A stretch of 64,000 nt of DNA from Iphione sp. A-MEVVRFRX5. Lineage: Eukaryota. The notes below the pieces were generated by a model, which worked only from the letters and a program-made list of their open reading frames with translations, was not told the origin of the DNA and did not search any database. Position 1 is the first letter of the stretch; each line of letters opens with the position of its first letter. The position numbers and the translations under genes are program-made. Below, in pieces: positions 61,176 to 64,000 of the stretch. Location: the NCBI GenBank assembly GCA_976226885.1, contig OZ320316.1, forward strand, positions 62,558,001 through 62,622,000, written 5' to 3'.

Positions 61176-64000
61176 GGAGTGGGGCGAGGAGGGGGCGCTA
61201 TGTGACACCTGAGCGATAAACGCTCTCCCCTGAATGTGTTGGCCTGGGAAGCTTTGCTGTGGTGGCGGCGGCGAGAAGGGAGGATCATCCACATTACCTC
61301 CCATTGTCTTTTTTGTCCATCTAATGTCAGTTGCTCATTGAACGACGGGGGTATTCCCAGGTGTGTAGGCTTAACGGTGTAGGGAGGATCTGGCTGACGC
61401 ACTAGTGAAGCACACAAAATAATGGTATTTCTGAAAAAAAGACGATGCTACTTCACCAAAATGGCCTTCGATAATAAAAACTATGGTGTCGACTCCACGC
61501 TACAACATTCTCTTGTAATTACCTGTTGGAGTTACTAGTCAGTCCAAGGCAAAACTGTGCATGTAAATTGGTATTTCTAGTTTTGAACTATTGGAGATCT
61601 CCAGTTTTCAACCACTGAAAATAGTACGCGTCAAAGGTAAGTGTGTAGCCTGATACATATATACCTGCGTGCTTTGGTATTTCGAACAAGCTATGAATTA
61701 TTTCAGCTGCATTTTAGGGATTCCAATCCATTTGCCAGCATTAAACTAGCTATACGTCCATATGCTAGATCAATTATTCAATAACAATAGATGTAATTGG
61801 CTCTCCACACGATAAATAAGTGCATTCACATTTACTCTTCTCATTCGTGAGGATGATGGGAAAGAAAAATTGGGTACAATGTGTTCCATTTCTAGTGAAA
61901 CACGTTCTTTTTTCAAAATGTTCGTGATCATAACCACAACTGATAACTCGGTGATTGTGTACCATGTCCCGTACCAGACAGCGAGCCCTGGGCCATTGCA
62001 AATATAATCAAGGTAGTCACAAAATAAAAGACAGATTACAGTCTCTACTGAACTCTTTGTCCCCTGCTACGATTACATCAAACTAGTTGGTTGTCCGAAG
62101 CTCAGCTTGCGGCTGCCACTGCCGACATCTCCCGTCCCCATTATTGCCATGGCATATCCCCTAGGTAGTGCTGACTTGGCGTCAGTGATCGCAGCAAAAG
62201 GAGGCCTGAATATTCATGGGTCATTGTTTCCGGCGCTGTAGCGCTACCGTACGTTGATGTCGTTGTTTGGCCCGCCTAACGAGGCTGGGGAAGTCCTGTG
62301 GTGTGCTGATGAGCTGCTAATCTAAATGGTCGTCATCCTCTGGAGACTGCGCATGGCTGTTGGCCGCCTGCCGTCTGCCGACAAGCTTAGCTGAGCTGCA
62401 GGTGTCGACACACATCTGTGCTGCTGCTTGTAGGTGTCTCGGTGTATACGCCCAAGTCAAGGCTTTTTGCCCCTTATACAGACCTTTCTACGTTTTGTTA
62501 AGTAGGATGTATGAAGAGATCTGGCTTAGGTTTGTAATGTATAGAAGCTATTCTCATCGTTCAATTATAACATCAACAAAGTGATAGGAGTTTGGAGGGT
62601 AGCTCCATTAGCGACCTTCGAGTCTGATATACACATAAACAACTCTCACCTAATCTAAAATGCTATGTCAGAATAGCCCGAAAGAGAATGTAATAGGTGT
62701 TTACATTTGCGAATGGTTTTTCAGCATTTTACACAAAGTTGAGTCTACGGCTTGTGCCACATCCGAACAAAACAGACTGTACCTTACTGTGTGGCATCGA
62801 CACATCCAATCATGAACTCCATTGATCCTGACTCTCCTATATTCTCATAAACACAAAAGCCTTTCTCTCCACTCAATGTAACAAGCATGAACTCTGTCAG
62901 GAGAACTATGAACTTTGCATGCCATCTGCCTTCAATACCCAATGTGATCAACAGGCCAGTTTACACGGTTGTCACCCAAACTACTCTAACGATTCAACTA
63001 CATCGAAGCCCGTCGTACGATGAGAATTGATATAACAGGCACAGAGCCACGTACACACCGGAACAGCCCACTATCAGGGTCTGCCTGACGTGCACTTTAT
63101 TGTACCGCGCACCACTTGAGGCCACTATCAATATTTCAACGGCGACTGCCGTTAGTGCGTGCGAGAGCGCCAGCAGTCATTATTCGCTTGCTTGATTACA
63201 TGTTCTCTGCAAAACGGAGGATTGCCTGGATGCCACGGCGGTATGGCTGATCGCCCGGTCCATGAGCTGTGAGCCTTTACTAGCTATTGGCACAAGCGAA
63301 ACGGTAAGGGGGAAAATAGATAGCTCAGCTTATCGCAGGCTTTCGGTTCAGTGCGAGACACTCAGCTGAAAGAGCTCCCTGCGGACTTAACCAAAAGAGG
63401 AGATAAACAAATACACATACCATGCCCTCTCCTTTGCACTATATGTGATGCACTGACCCAAGTCCCAGGAACCACTATGCCATGCGATGGACCGATTGCA
63501 GAATCACCTTTTTTTCTTTCAAACGAAGCAGGCTGGCCCGCGTTACAAGCCTGCTCAGGGGCCGAAAGTCTCAAGGTCGACATGCAGTCCGCCCTGTTTT
63601 ACTCTTGTGCTTTAGTGCAAGGGCATGCTAAAAGTAAAGGTATTATTGTCTCTTCCTGCTACTTGAGACAGGCACATCGTGCTTTAAAAAGACACATACG
63701 AGGACCAACGTGAAGAAGGTGTGAGTCTTTTGATATAAGCCTGTATAATGGAGAGCTATTGATTCGTGCATCTATCGACCAACAGAGACTAACTGCTGCT
63801 CTGTTAATATTTCAGGGAATACTCCCCTGCACTCTTTGAGGCTATGCTATATGGCGCGCCATGTGGAGGGCCGACGAGGAGGATGTTGGGATGGTGTCTG
63901 TGGCTGTGGCCACTGCACAAACTTTGTATGAAGCCTGAAAACATGGCTGGCTAGTATCCTGAAGTCGATGGAGATACAGACAATGAACGGTCATTGTATG

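Overview
Animal (eukaryotic) genomic DNA, gene-poor and full of decayed repeats, with one assembly gap (11050-11183). The only intact protein-coding sequence I can support is a protocadherin on the + strand. One 2.84-kb exon (first in-frame ATG 48554, GAG|GTGAGT donor after 51397) encodes a signal peptide, a short linker with a furin-like RLRR site, seven cadherin (EC) repeats, a transmembrane helix and about 100 aa of cytoplasmic tail. This is a delta1-like, 7-EC architecture. Its sequence style (DRD, C-x-D-x-G-x-P, juxtamembrane YxCR) suggests a lophotrochozoan-type invertebrate host, which is an inference. The rest of the tail must lie in downstream exons that I cannot assign with confidence. 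The remainder of the window holds CR1/L2-type LINE reverse-transcriptase fragments, pogo/Tigger fragments and MITEs, a Harbinger-like MITE, possible Gypsy remnants, short tandem duplications, CT microsatellites and several unidentified decayed coding-like patches. The palindrome TACATGTA occurs at least 18 times and I saw none inside the coding exon. I found no rRNA, tRNA, CRISPR array or prokaryotic operon. Nearly all short ORFs in the supplied track are noise, antisense shadows of the protocadherin exon, or TE fragments. I found no clear-cut novel system; the best leads concern protocadherin processing, splicing and regulation.
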